Origin: Pyrococcus furiosus DSM 3638
GTDB lineage: Archaea > Methanobacteriota_B > Thermococci > Thermococcales > Thermococcaceae
DNA: 32,000 nucleotides
Direction of reading: 5' to 3'
Assembly (NCBI RefSeq): GCF_000007305.1
Contig: NC_003413.1
Location: 1,568,141-1,600,140, forward strand
Part shown: piece by piece, positions 18,663-28,079 of the stretch
Layout of the letters: every line of letters begins with the position of its first letter
Position numbering within the stretch: position 1 is the first letter of the stretch
Program-made: the position numbers and the translations under genes
The notes under the pieces: model-generated
What the model was told of the DNA's origin: nothing
What the model saw: the letters and a program-made list of their open reading frames with translations, nothing else
The model's database searches: none

Positions 18663-19961
18663 CTACTCCACCCCAAAGGCTTTTAGAACAGCCCTCATCT
18701 TGTTTTCAGTTTCATAAAACTCCTTTTCTGGAATTGAATCTGCAACTATACCTGCTCCCGCTCTAATGTGAGCGTGCTTATCTATTTCCGCCATTCTTAT
18801 CGCTATGGCAAAATCTGCATAGCCTGTTACGGAAAAATATCCAACAGCTCCTCCATAAACTCTTCTCCTGCTTTTTTCCAGTTCATCTATAATTTCCATT
18901 GCCCTAATTTTTGGAGCTCCTGTCAATGTTCCAGCTGGGAAAGTTGCCTCAATTGCATCAAACATGTCTTTATCCTCGGCCAACTCCCCAATTATCTCAC
19001 TTTCAATGTGCTGGACATAGCTATACTTGACCACATCAAAGTACCTCACTACCTTAACACTCCTGGGTTTCGAAACTCTCCTAACGTCATTTCTAGCTAA
19101 ATCCACTAGCATTACATGCTCCGCTCTTTCTTTCTCATCAGAGAGTAGGGCTTTTTCAAGTGCCTTGTCTTCTTCCTCGTTCTTTCCCCTTGGAATAGTT
19201 CCGGCAATTGGGTTTATCTTAACAATTTTTCCTTCAACAGAGCCCATTGTTTCAGGAGACGCTCCCACCACTACTTTTTCAAATTCAAGGAGAAAAGTAT
19301 AAGGCGATGGATTAATGTCTAGCAATCTAAGGTAGATTGTAAAAGGATCTAAGTCCGTCTCAACTACGTACTCTCTCGAAAGGACTACTTGAAATACGTC
19401 TCCTGAAAATATGTACTCTTTTCCTTTTTCTACAATTTCAACAAACTCTTCTTTATTTGCATCAGTTTTTAAAATTGAACTTCCTCCATCCTCTCTGGGA
19501 ATTTTTGCCCTTTTGGCCTTTTCCACTATAGCTTCTGGATCAAATGGCGGTTCTTCTAGGGAAACAAAGTAGAGTTTATTTTCTAAATGATCATAAATGT
19601 ATGTCCATGGATAATAGCCAAAAACTGAAGGCTCCTCAACATTCCCCTCTATGTAGTTGTGAACGGCATCATAAGCTATATATCCAACCAAGCCGCCCAT
19701 GAATCTTTCTCCACTTATTGAGTGCTTTATAAAGCCCTTTAACCCCTTAAATGGATTTCTTTCTTTTGATACCTTTTTTCCATCTAAATAAGTTCCTCTC
19801 TCATTTATACTCACAATGAATTCAGGTGCTGCTGAGAGGTAAGTGAATCTGGCCTTTTTGCTATGCTTTTCTGCTGACATTAGGATAAAAGGATACTCAA
19901 GTTGTCTGAGAATAAGGTATAAGCGAAGAGGAGACACTCGATCTAACTCTTTGATAAGCAT
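18663..19961 (-). CDS. trpE: Anthranilate synthase component I
   Basis: YIFSGDVFQVVLSREY, GSVEGKIVKINPIAGTIPRG, VDLARNDVRRVS, ATFPAGTLTGAPKIRAMEIIDELE, IRAGAGIVADSIPEKEFYET. Confidence 0.96.
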   Translation of the reverse strand: MLIKELDRVSPLRLYLILRQLEYPFILMSAEKHSKKARFTYLSAAPEFIVSINERGTYLDGKKVSKERNPFKGLKGFIKHSISGERFMGGLVGYIAYDAVHNYIEGNVEEPSVFGYYPWTYIYDHLENKLYFVSLEEPPFDPEAIVEKAKRAKIPREDGGSSILKTDANKEEFVEIVEKGKEYIFSGDVFQVVLSREYVVETDLDPFTIYLRLLDINPSPYTFLLEFEKVVVGASPETMGSVEGKIVKINPIAGTIPRGKNEEEDKALEKALLSDEKERAEHVMLVDLARNDVRRVSKPRSVKVVRYFDVVKYSYVQHIESEIIGELAEDKDMFDAIEATFPAGTLTGAPKIRAMEIIDELEKSRRRVYGGAVGYFSVTGYADFAIAIRMAEIDKHAHIRAGAGIVADSIPEKEFYETENKMRAVLKAFGVE

Positions 19962-20917
19962 GCAATCTCCTCCAATTTCTTTATTATTTTTTCTCCTAGA
20001 ACATTCTCAGCCAGTTCTACTCCTTCTTTCAAATCAGAGGCGATCCCTATTGTATAAAGTGCCATAGCCGAATTTATTAAGACAAAATTCCTGTCTTCAT
20101 TTTTTCCATTTCCACGCAAAACAGCTCTAATTCTCTCTGCACTTTCTTCTGGAGAATAGCAGGGGATAACTTTAGTTCTAGCCAATCCGAAGTCTTCAGG
20201 AGTAACAGTGTAAAAATCTATGTCACCTCTATTGACTTCGGCAACTATAGTTTCTTTCTCTGGACTAATCTCATCCAATCCGCTACCATGAACAACTGTA
20301 GCTCTTTTAACACCGAGGTAATTTAGAGCTCTTGCCATCTTCTCTACTAGGTCTCTAGAATTAACTCCTACAACTTGATAAGCTGGATTTGCTGGATTTG
20401 CTAGCGGTCCCAAAATGTTGAAAATGGTCTTTATTCCCAATTCTTTCCTTACGGGCATTATTCTCTTTAGGGCTGGATGATACATTGGAGCAAATATAAA
20501 TGTGAAGTTAACTTTTTCAATCATCTCTTTAGCCTTCTCTGGAGAAATCTTGATGTTTATTCCCAGGGCCTCTAGAAGATTTGCAGAACCACTTCTTGAA
20601 GTTACGGAGACATTGCCATGCTTAGCTACCTTTGTATATTCTGAAAGAATAAGGGCTGATGCAGTGCTTACATTTATCGTGAATGATTTATCTCCTCCAG
20701 TACCAGCAGTGTCTAGAACCTCCCCAAGATCCAACTTAATTGCATTGTCTCTCATTGCCTTTGCAAATCCCGCTATTTCCTCTGAAGTATACCCTTTAGT
20801 TTGGAGAGCCGCGAGATATGCTGCAATCCTAACTTCGCTTTCTTCCTTGAGGATGTTAAATAAGTCGTAAGCCTCCTCGAAGGATAAATGCCTATTTTCT
20901 ACTATCTTCTCCAGCAT
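19943..20917 (-). CDS. trpD: Anthranilate phosphoribosyltransferase
   Basis: DTAGTGGDKSFTINVSTASALI, AKHGNVSVTSRSGSANLLEALG, FIFAPMYHPALKRIMPVRKELGIKTIFNILGPLANPA. Confidence 0.96.
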   Translation of the reverse strand: MLEKIVENRHLSFEEAYDLFNILKEESEVRIAAYLAALQTKGYTSEEIAGFAKAMRDNAIKLDLGEVLDTAGTGGDKSFTINVSTASALILSEYTKVAKHGNVSVTSRSGSANLLEALGINIKISPEKAKEMIEKVNFTFIFAPMYHPALKRIMPVRKELGIKTIFNILGPLANPANPAYQVVGVNSRDLVEKMARALNYLGVKRATVVHGSGLDEISPEKETIVAEVNRGDIDFYTVTPEDFGLARTKVIPCYSPEESAERIRAVLRGNGKNEDRNFVLINSAMALYTIGIASDLKEGVELAENVLGEKIIKKLEEIACLSKS

Positions 20918-21603
20918 TATATCTCAGCCTCCACGAATTTTTTGAGAAGTTCTGCGGGATTTTCAGCTTTCATTAAAGCCGTCCCAATGAGTGCAGCATC
21001 AGCAACCCTTAAGGCCCTCTTCAAATCTTCCAATGTTGCTATTCCGCTTTCACTAACTTTCACGAATTTTCCTGGGATTTTTGGAGCTAAAATTTCAGTT
21101 AGAGAAACATCTCCATCGTCCATCTCTAGCTTTCCAATGTCCCTATTGTTTATTCCTATCATTGTAGAATTTGTTTTAATTGCGAGCTTTAGCTCATCTT
21201 CGGTATGAACTTCCACTAGAGTGTCAAGCCCATGCTCTTTTGCATAATCCACAAACTCTGGCAGCTTATCTTTCAATATTCTAGTTATTAATAGAACAGC
21301 AGAGGCACCAACTTCGGCAGTTTTTTCAATTTCCTCTTTGCTTGTTATAAAGTCCTTCCTCAGCACTGGGAGGGTAGTTTCCTTACATAAAACTTTTAGA
21401 AAGTCAAAGCTCCCTTTGAAATACTTTTGATCTGTTATGTAAGAAATCCCCACAGCTCCAGCTTCTTCATATGCCCTCAAAATCCTTAGAGGATCCCTGC
21501 CCCGTAAAAGATCTCCATATTTTGGAGAATAGACTTTGATTTCTGCTATAATAGGATTTTTCTTAGCCTTTCTAATAGCCCTGCTCAGTCCAAAAATCAC
21601 CAC
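20917..21603 (-). CDS. trpC: Indole-3-glycerol-phosphate synthase (first gene of the trp operon)
   Basis: IIAEIKVYSPKYGDLLRGRDPLRILRAYEEAGAVGISYITD, GINNRDIGKLE, KVSESGI; GTG start at 21603. Confidence 0.95.
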   Translation of the reverse strand: MVIFGLSRAIRKAKKNPIIAEIKVYSPKYGDLLRGRDPLRILRAYEEAGAVGISYITDQKYFKGSFDFLKVLCKETTLPVLRKDFITSKEEIEKTAEVGASAVLLITRILKDKLPEFVDYAKEHGLDTLVEVHTEDELKLAIKTNSTMIGINNRDIGKLEMDDGDVSLTEILAPKIPGKFVKVSESGIATLEDLKRALRVADAALIGTALMKAENPAELLKKFVEAEI

Positions 21604-21607
21604 CCAT
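21572..21607 (-). CDS. Candidate leader ORF MGGDFWTEQGY* overlapping the trpC start
   Basis: Minus strand ATG GGT GGT GAT TTT TGG ACT GAG CAG GGC TAT TAG, preceded by SD-like GGTGGAG with a 4-nt spacer. Confidence 0.3.
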   Translation of the reverse strand: MGGDFWTEQGY

Positions 21608-21640
21608 TATACTCCACCACTACGACAAAAATAACATGAT

Positions 21641-21650
21641 AAATTTAAAC
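21641..21650 (-). promoter_or_regulatory. Putative TATA box of the trp operon
   Basis: Minus-strand GTTTAAATTT, about 35-40 nt upstream of the first start codon in the divergent intergenic region. Confidence 0.5.
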
Positions 21651-21759
21651 ATTTGGACAGCTCTATCAAGCTAGAATTGAATACACATGTTTGATGAGAA
21701 TTTGATCTAAAGAAATTTAAACAAATTTATTATAATCAGAAATTTAGGAGGGAGAGAGC

Positions 21760-22440
21760 ATGAAAAAAGAAGAGGAAAAGCCTAGTATAGCAAAGCTTGT
21801 AAAGGAGTACATAGAAACAAAACCCTGTATAAGAGAACTTATGATCCTCGGGATAGTAAATTATAGTGCTCTAGCGAGATTTATAGAGGGAGAATTCAAG
21901 AAAAAAGGCATAAAAGCATCCACCGGAGCTATAAAAATGGCCCTTATAAGACTGGGTGAAGAGCTCAGCGAAGAAAGAAGTGGGTTTGAGAAAGCTATAA
22001 AAAATGTCATCTCAAAAACGGTTATCCAACTACAATCAGATTTAGTTGTAATTACAGCAAGAAGGGACATTGTTCTTTCAAAAATAAAAGAATTGGTTGA
22101 GGTGGCAAAAGATTCGAGATTCTTCCAGCTGACTCAGGGAATTGAAACTTTCACTATAGCGATGGCAAACGAAGAAAAGGAAAAAATATTAGAACTATTG
22201 AAGGGTGGAATAATTGACGTTCAAGAAGGGCAAACGGCTATTCTCCTAATAAGCCCATTGGCAATAATAAACACCCCAGGAATCGTGGCATTCATTACCA
22301 CGGCTCTTGCTGTCAATGGGATAAATATAACCCAAATTATTTCATGTTATAAGGATACGATACTGTTAGTTGATAGGAGAAATGCCCCTTCAGCTTACAC
22401 TATTCTTGAAGATCTAATTATCAAGATGAGAGAGCTATAA
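21760..22440 (+). CDS. Protein with a C-terminal ACT-like domain and N-terminal helical/HTH-like region; function unknown
   Basis: SPLAIINTPGIVAFITTALAVNGINITQIISCYKDTILLVDRRNAPSAYTIL resembles an ACT domain; RBS GGAGGGAGAG; divergent from trpC. Confidence 0.7.
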   Translation: MKKEEEKPSIAKLVKEYIETKPCIRELMILGIVNYSALARFIEGEFKKKGIKASTGAIKMALIRLGEELSEERSGFEKAIKNVISKTVIQLQSDLVVITARRDIVLSKIKELVEVAKDSRFFQLTQGIETFTIAMANEEKEKILELLKGGIIDVQEGQTAILLISPLAIINTPGIVAFITTALAVNGINITQIISCYKDTILLVDRRNAPSAYTILEDLIIKMREL

Positions 22441-22534
22441 ATTTTGTTCTATTTGCAACTTTCTATTATATTTTTGCAGTTGATGTTACAAAAGAAATAA
22501 AAATCAGAAAAGACTGAGGGCAAGAGGGCATTTA

Positions 22535-23650
22535 ATGGGGGTGCACAAAAAAGGGTACTTAGTTTTGGAAGATGGCTCAGTGATAGAAGGGAAGGCCTTT
22601 GGTGCAGAAACGATTCGATATGGGGAAGTAGTCTTCACAACGGCAATGGTGGGATATCCAGAATCCCTAACTGATCCTTCATATAAAGGCCAAATCTTAA
22701 TTGCAACAAATCCCTTAATGGGAACTTATGGAGTTTCATCAAAAAGTCTAAAAGAACATGGACTGCCTCTACATTACGAATCGGACTCAATTAAGGTAGA
22801 AGGATTTGTTATATCTTTTCTAATGAGGCCTAATCACTGGAGCAGCGAAATGACTCTAGATGAATGGTTAAGGAGGGAGGGCGTTCCAGGGCTCTATGGA
22901 GTTGATACTAGAGCCTTAGTCAAGAAGATTAGAGAGGAGGGTGTAATGAGAGGAGCAATAGTCACAACAGAAACAGATTTAGAAGAAATTTTAGAGAATA
23001 TTAGAAAAATAAGCTATGAAAGTACCAATTTCGTTGAACTTGTATCGCCAAAAAACCCAATTGTACACACACCAAAAAATGTCAAATTCAGAGTTGTGGT
23101 TCTTGATTTGGGAGTGAAGTTTGGTATTCTTAGAGAGTTACTCAAGAGGGGAATTGAAGTTGTTAGAATTCCATGGAATTGGGACATATTGGAGGCCTAT
23201 TACTCCTACAACGCAGATGGCATATTCATAAGCAATGGGCCTGGAAATCCTACCCTCTTAAAAGAAGTTGCTAAGAGGATTAGAAAGGCATTCAATGAAG
23301 AAATTCCGATGATGGGAATATGCCTTGGCCAACAACTTTTAGCCTTAGCAGATGGGGCAGAAATATACAAGCTTAAATACGGTCATAGAGGGATTAACAA
23401 ACCTGTTAAAGATTTAGAGAGTGGAAAAGCATTTGTTACTACTCAAAATCATGGCTATGCAATTGTTCCTGAAAGCCTAAATGAGTTTAAGGTATGGATG
23501 GTAAACCTAGATGATAACTCTGTAGAGGGAATAAAACACGAAAGTTTACCTATTATAGCTACCCAATATCATCCCGAGGCTTCTCCTGGCCCCTGGGATT
23601 CATTGTGGGTTTTTGATGAATTTGTAAAGATTTTGGAGGGGAGAAAATGA
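22535..23650 (+). CDS. carA: Carbamoyl-phosphate synthase small subunit
   Basis: YLVLEDGSVIEGKAFGA, EVVFTTAMVGYPESLTDPSYKGQIL, ISNGPGNPT, GICLGQQLLAL, NHGYAI, QYHPEASPGP. Confidence 0.96.
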   Translation: MGVHKKGYLVLEDGSVIEGKAFGAETIRYGEVVFTTAMVGYPESLTDPSYKGQILIATNPLMGTYGVSSKSLKEHGLPLHYESDSIKVEGFVISFLMRPNHWSSEMTLDEWLRREGVPGLYGVDTRALVKKIREEGVMRGAIVTTETDLEEILENIRKISYESTNFVELVSPKNPIVHTPKNVKFRVVVLDLGVKFGILRELLKRGIEVVRIPWNWDILEAYYSYNADGIFISNGPGNPTLLKEVAKRIRKAFNEEIPMMGICLGQQLLALADGAEIYKLKYGHRGINKPVKDLESGKAFVTTQNHGYAIVPESLNEFKVWMVNLDDNSVEGIKHESLPIIATQYHPEASPGPWDSLWVFDEFVKILEGRK

Positions 23651-26600
23651 AAATCGATGTATCAAAAGTCATTGTTATTGGTTCCGGTGCAATAAAAATA
23701 GGTGAAGCAGCTGAGTTTGACTACAGTGGAAGTCAAGCATTAAAAGCATTAAGGGAAGAAGGGATAGAATCAGTGCTAGTAAATCCAAATGTTGCAACTA
23801 TTCAAACTAGCTATGAGCTGGCAGACAAGGTTTATCTTCTTCCATTGAAAACCGAGTTCATAGAAAAGGTAATTGAAAAGGAAAAGCCTGATGGAATACT
23901 AGTCGGTTTTGGAGGACAGACTGCACTCTCCCTGGGAGTTTCCTTGTACAAAAAGGGTATATTAGACAAATACAACGTAAAGGTCCTAGGAACTCCAATT
24001 GAAGGCATTGAAAGAGCACTCGACAGGGAGAAGTTTCAAAAGACCATGAAAAAAGTAGGCCTACCAGTTCCCCCAAGCGATGCAGCAAAAACTCCAGAGG
24101 AAGCCATCGAAATTGCTGAAAGCATAGGATTTCCAGTAATAGTAAGAGTAAGCTTCAACTTAGGAGGCAGAGGCTCTTTCATAGCTAGGTCCAGAGAAGA
24201 GTTTGAGAAATATATCATAAGAGCCTTTGCTCAAAGCGAAATAAGGAAAGTTCTCGTGGAGAAGTATCTCAACGGATGGAAAGAGATAGAGTTCGAAGTT
24301 GTTAGGGATAAAGCTGGAAACTCAGTTGCTGTTGTATGTTTAGAGAACGTTGATCCAATGGGAGTTCACACAGGAGAATCAATAGTTGTAGGCCCTTCCC
24401 AAACCCTGACCAACAGGGAGTATCAAATGCTGAGGGACGCTGCAATAAGGGTTGCGGACGCAATAGAGTTAATTGGAGAAGGAAATGTCCAGCTCGCGTT
24501 AAGTCCCAACTCAGAGGAATACTATGTTATCGAAACAAATCCCAGGATGAGTAGGTCGTCGGCACTAGCAAGCAAAGTTACTGGATACCCTCTCGCATAC
24601 ATAGCTACAAAGTTAGCAATAGGATACACCCTAGATGAACTAAGAAACACTGTTACAGGGATCACAACAGCAGCCTTTGAGCCAAGTCTTGACTATGTAG
24701 CTGTTAAAATTCCCAGGTGGGATTTTAAGAAGTTTGAGGAGGTTAACAAGAGCATAGGAAGTGAAATGAAGAGCATAGGAGAAGTTATGGCAATCGGAAG
24801 GAACTTGCATGAAGCGTTTCAAAAGGCAATAAGAATGCTTGACATAGGTGATGAGCTCATTGGAAAATACTACTTGGAAGATGAGCCTCTCGAGAATGTC
24901 CTAGAGAGACTAAAGAAAAAAGAACCATACTTATTGATGCACATAGCCAAGGCCCTTAGGCTCGGAGCTACGGTTGAAGATATCCACAAGATAACAAAAG
25001 TTGACAAGTTCTTTATCTATGTAATAGAAGACCTTGTTAAGATAGCAGAGGAATTAAGGAAGAATCCAACAGAGGAACTTATTAGGGAAGCTAAAAGGCT
25101 TGGATTCAGCGATTGGGAGATTGAGCTCCTAACAAAAAGAAAAGTAAAAAAGAAATGGAAGCCAGTGGTTAAGAACATTGACACGTTGGCTGGAGAATTT
25201 CCAGCAAAAACAAACTACCTATATGTTACGTATGATGGTGTTGAAAACGACATTCCAAAACCAAAGAAACCCAGCATTCTAGTCTTGGGAGCAGGAGTGT
25301 TTAGGATAGGGGTAAGTGTTGAGTTCGATTGGGCAGTTGTTAACTTTGTAAATGCCATAAGGAAGAGGGGAATAGAAGCAGCAATTCTAAACTACAACCC
25401 AGAAACAGTGTCAACTGATTGGGACATGAGTGATAGACTATACTTTGAGGAAATAACACTTGAGAGAGTTCTTGATATATATGAATTTGAAAGACCCATA
25501 GGCGTAGTGGCATTTGCAGGCGGCCAATTAGCTAATTCTCTAGCAAAGAAATTAGAAAATGCTGGAGTGAAGCTACTCGGAACTTCAGGAAAGAGTGTGG
25601 ATAAGGCAGAGAATAGGGCTAAGTTTTCAAAGTTATTAGAGAAGCTCGGAATTCCTCAACCAGAATGGATCTCAGCAGAGAGCATTGATGAGGCTATAAA
25701 ACTTGCAAAGAAAATTGAATACCCAGTCATAGTGAGGCCAAGCTACGTCTTAAGTGGAACAGCAATGAAAGTTGCTTGGAATGAGAAAGAGCTAATAGAC
25801 TTCTTAAAAGAAGCTGCTTCAGTTTCACCTGAACATCCAGTTTTAATATCCAAGTTTATCCCAGGAACAGAAGCTGAGATTGACGCTGTTAGCGATGGAA
25901 AGAAAGTTGTTGGAGTAACACTCGAGCATATCGAAGGTGCAGGGGTTCACAGTGGGGATTCAACAATGGTAACCCCGTGGAGAACTTTAAGTGAACGAAA
26001 CGTGAAGAGAATATGGGAAATAACATACGAGCTTGCCAAAGAGTTAGAAATTAAGGGACCCTTCAATGTTCAGTTCGTGATAGACAAAAAGCCCTACGTC
26101 CTAGAACTTAACCTAAGGACTAGCAGGTCAATGCCATTCTCCAGTAAGTCCAGAGGAGTAAATCTAATGGAGTTATCTGCCCAGGCAGTGCTAGATGGAG
26201 AGTTAAAAATTGGAGTTGAAGGGAAATATTATGAGATCCCACCTGTAGCCTATGGAGTAAAGAGTCCACAGTTCTCCTGGGCCCAACTCCAGGGAGCATA
26301 TCCATTCCTCGGCCCAGAAATGAGATCAACAGGAGAGGTTGCGGCCCTGGGAACACATTACGAAGACGCCTTACTGAAAAGCTGGCTCTCAGTAAAGCCG
26401 AATGAACTTCCAAAGACATCCGCTTTAATCTATGGTTGGGAGAAAAAAAATATCCTAAAAGAAACGGCAAAAATTTTAGAGAACCTCGGAATTACAACAT
26501 ATTCAATTGGTGGAGACATTGGAGAAATTAATATTTCAAAACAAGAGGCAGTTAATATGATCAAAGAAGGAAAAATAGATATTATAATGACCACAGGATA

Positions 26601-26817
26601 TGCAAAAGATAAGGATTATGAAATTAGAAGGCTTGCAGCAGATTTAAATGTTCCCTTGGTCTTAGATGCAAACTTAGCTTTGGAGCTAGCAAAGGCTATA
26701 GAGTGGAAAACAAAAACTCAAGAAGAGTTTGAAATCAAAGAACTGAGAGAATACTGGATCAGAAAAATCGAAGAAAATGTTGAAGAATATGCAGCTTCAG
26801 TAGTTTTAAGGAGATAA
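23647..26817 (+). CDS. carB: Carbamoyl-phosphate synthase large subunit
   Basis: 1056 aa; VIVIGSGAIKIGEAAEFDYSGSQALKALREEG, NPNVATIQTS, GFGGQTALSLG, ENVDPMGVHTGESIVV, NPRMSRSSALASKVTGYPLA. Confidence 0.98.
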   Translation: MKIDVSKVIVIGSGAIKIGEAAEFDYSGSQALKALREEGIESVLVNPNVATIQTSYELADKVYLLPLKTEFIEKVIEKEKPDGILVGFGGQTALSLGVSLYKKGILDKYNVKVLGTPIEGIERALDREKFQKTMKKVGLPVPPSDAAKTPEEAIEIAESIGFPVIVRVSFNLGGRGSFIARSREEFEKYIIRAFAQSEIRKVLVEKYLNGWKEIEFEVVRDKAGNSVAVVCLENVDPMGVHTGESIVVGPSQTLTNREYQMLRDAAIRVADAIELIGEGNVQLALSPNSEEYYVIETNPRMSRSSALASKVTGYPLAYIATKLAIGYTLDELRNTVTGITTAAFEPSLDYVAVKIPRWDFKKFEEVNKSIGSEMKSIGEVMAIGRNLHEAFQKAIRMLDIGDELIGKYYLEDEPLENVLERLKKKEPYLLMHIAKALRLGATVEDIHKITKVDKFFIYVIEDLVKIAEELRKNPTEELIREAKRLGFSDWEIELLTKRKVKKKWKPVVKNIDTLAGEFPAKTNYLYVTYDGVENDIPKPKKPSILVLGAGVFRIGVSVEFDWAVVNFVNAIRKRGIEAAILNYNPETVSTDWDMSDRLYFEEITLERVLDIYEFERPIGVVAFAGGQLANSLAKKLENAGVKLLGTSGKSVDKAENRAKFSKLLEKLGIPQPEWISAESIDEAIKLAKKIEYPVIVRPSYVLSGTAMKVAWNEKELIDFLKEAASVSPEHPVLISKFIPGTEAEIDAVSDGKKVVGVTLEHIEGAGVHSGDSTMVTPWRTLSERNVKRIWEITYELAKELEIKGPFNVQFVIDKKPYVLELNLRTSRSMPFSSKSRGVNLMELSAQAVLDGELKIGVEGKYYEIPPVAYGVKSPQFSWAQLQGAYPFLGPEMRSTGEVAALGTHYEDALLKSWLSVKPNELPKTSALIYGWEKKNILKETAKILENLGITTYSIGGDIGEINISKQEAVNMIKEGKIDIIMTTGYAKDKDYEIRRLAADLNVPLVLDANLALELAKAIEWKTKTQEEFEIKELREYWIRKIEENVEEYAASVVLRR

Positions 26818-27591
26818 CCTTGTGGATAAGATCTTTGATTTTTTAGTTGCTGCATCAATGGCTTTCATTATTGTTGTTCTAATTTTTCCTTCCTCCAACT
26901 CAAATATCCCATCTATCGTTGTTCCTCCGGGGGTAATTACCATATCTCTAATTTCAGCAGGGTGTCCCTCAAAATTTAGTAAGAGCTTCGCAGTGCCTAA
27001 GAGGGTTTGAGCGGCCGCAAGTTTTGCAATATCTCTTGGGAGTCCAACCCGTAAACCGCCATATATCATGGCTTCTAAAAACACAGAGACATAAGCTGGT
27101 CCAGAGCCACTTAATCCAGTTATGGCATCCATATATTCTTCGTCGATTCTTATATACTTCCCAAAGGACTCAAAGATTTTTTCAACAGTTCTAATTTCCT
27201 CTTCGCTTAAATCTTCCGTTGCATAGGCTGTAAAGGACTCTTTTACGAGAACAGCTATATTTGGCATAGCCCTCACAAATTTTGCATTTGCAAACCTCTT
27301 AAGAAGCTTTATTGGAATTCCCGCCGCTAAAGATATCACAATTTTACTTTCAACTTCTTCCTTTATTTCTTCAAGAACCTTTCCTACTTTATTTGGCTTT
27401 ACTGCGATAATCACGATATCCGCTTCCCTACTGGCTTTTTTGTTGTCTTTTTCAAGTTTTACCCCATATTTCTCCAACCATTTAACCTTTTCAATGCTTC
27501 TCCTTGTAGCAATGACTTCGTAATTACTTTCAGCCAAGGCCTTTGCAACAGCACTCCCAATTGTTCCCGCTCCAATTACAGCAACCTTCAT
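26806..27591 (-). CDS. proC: Pyrroline-5-carboxylate reductase
   Basis: VAVIGAGTIGSAVAKALAES, KFVRAMPNIAVLV, ITGLSGSGPAYVSVFLEAMIYGG, RDMVITPGGTTIDGIFELEEG. Confidence 0.94.
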   Translation of the reverse strand: MKVAVIGAGTIGSAVAKALAESNYEVIATRRSIEKVKWLEKYGVKLEKDNKKASREADIVIIAVKPNKVGKVLEEIKEEVESKIVISLAAGIPIKLLKRFANAKFVRAMPNIAVLVKESFTAYATEDLSEEEIRTVEKIFESFGKYIRIDEEYMDAITGLSGSGPAYVSVFLEAMIYGGLRVGLPRDIAKLAAAQTLLGTAKLLLNFEGHPAEIRDMVITPGGTTIDGIFELEEGKIRTTIMKAIDAATKKSKILSTRLSP

Positions 27592-27657
27592 TTATTTCAC
27601 CTAAACTTTGGAAATAATGTAGAATGTTTATAACTCTTCTTGAGAATACTTCGTCAT

Positions 27658-28074
27658 TTATCCCAACATACCCTCAAGTTCTAGCTTTTTCTTTTGTCTT
27701 AGAAACACAACTGGAACCCCTGCTTCCCTTAACCTTTTTCTCAATTGCTTATCATTAGTGCAAACTATCACATTGTCGTTTGAAATCGCAAACTCATAAA
27801 TTAACTCATCTGTAGTTTTGGACATAAAATCTCCTACGTAAATTGTGGGAAACCGTTCAGCCAACTTAAGTGCCATTCGAGCAGCAATAAGGTCTTTTCC
27901 TCTAAGCTTGCCTTCTCTGAGAATAGTCTTCAATTCTTCCAAAACTATGTTCGGTATTACAATTTTGTAATTCACATCAAGTATTCTTTCGAGCTCAGAT
28001 ATTATGTCCACGCCAAATTGCCCAGGGATAAAAAGAAAATTTGTATCAGGAATAACCAGCCAAACTCTCTTCAT
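27658..28074 (-). CDS. PIN-domain protein (Fcf1/VapC-like), probably rRNA-processing related
   Basis: VIPDTNFLFIPGQFGVDIISEL, IVIPNIVLEEL, NVIVCTNDKQLRKRLREAGVPVVFLR; immediately downstream of aIF2-gamma. Confidence 0.8.
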   Translation of the reverse strand: MKRVWLVIPDTNFLFIPGQFGVDIISELERILDVNYKIVIPNIVLEELKTILREGKLRGKDLIAARMALKLAERFPTIYVGDFMSKTTDELIYEFAISNDNVIVCTNDKQLRKRLREAGVPVVFLRQKKKLELEGMLG

Positions 28075-28079
28075 TGCCT

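Noticed and set aside
21680-21720. TGATGA-containing stretch considered as a C/D box sRNA
   Set aside because: No matching D box (CTGA) or C'/D' pair at suitable spacing.
24640-26470. Several antisense or alternate-frame ORFs inside carB (for example 24640-24822 and 26120-26470)
   Set aside because: carB is a complete 1056-aa CPSase large subunit; overlapping ORFs lack any support.
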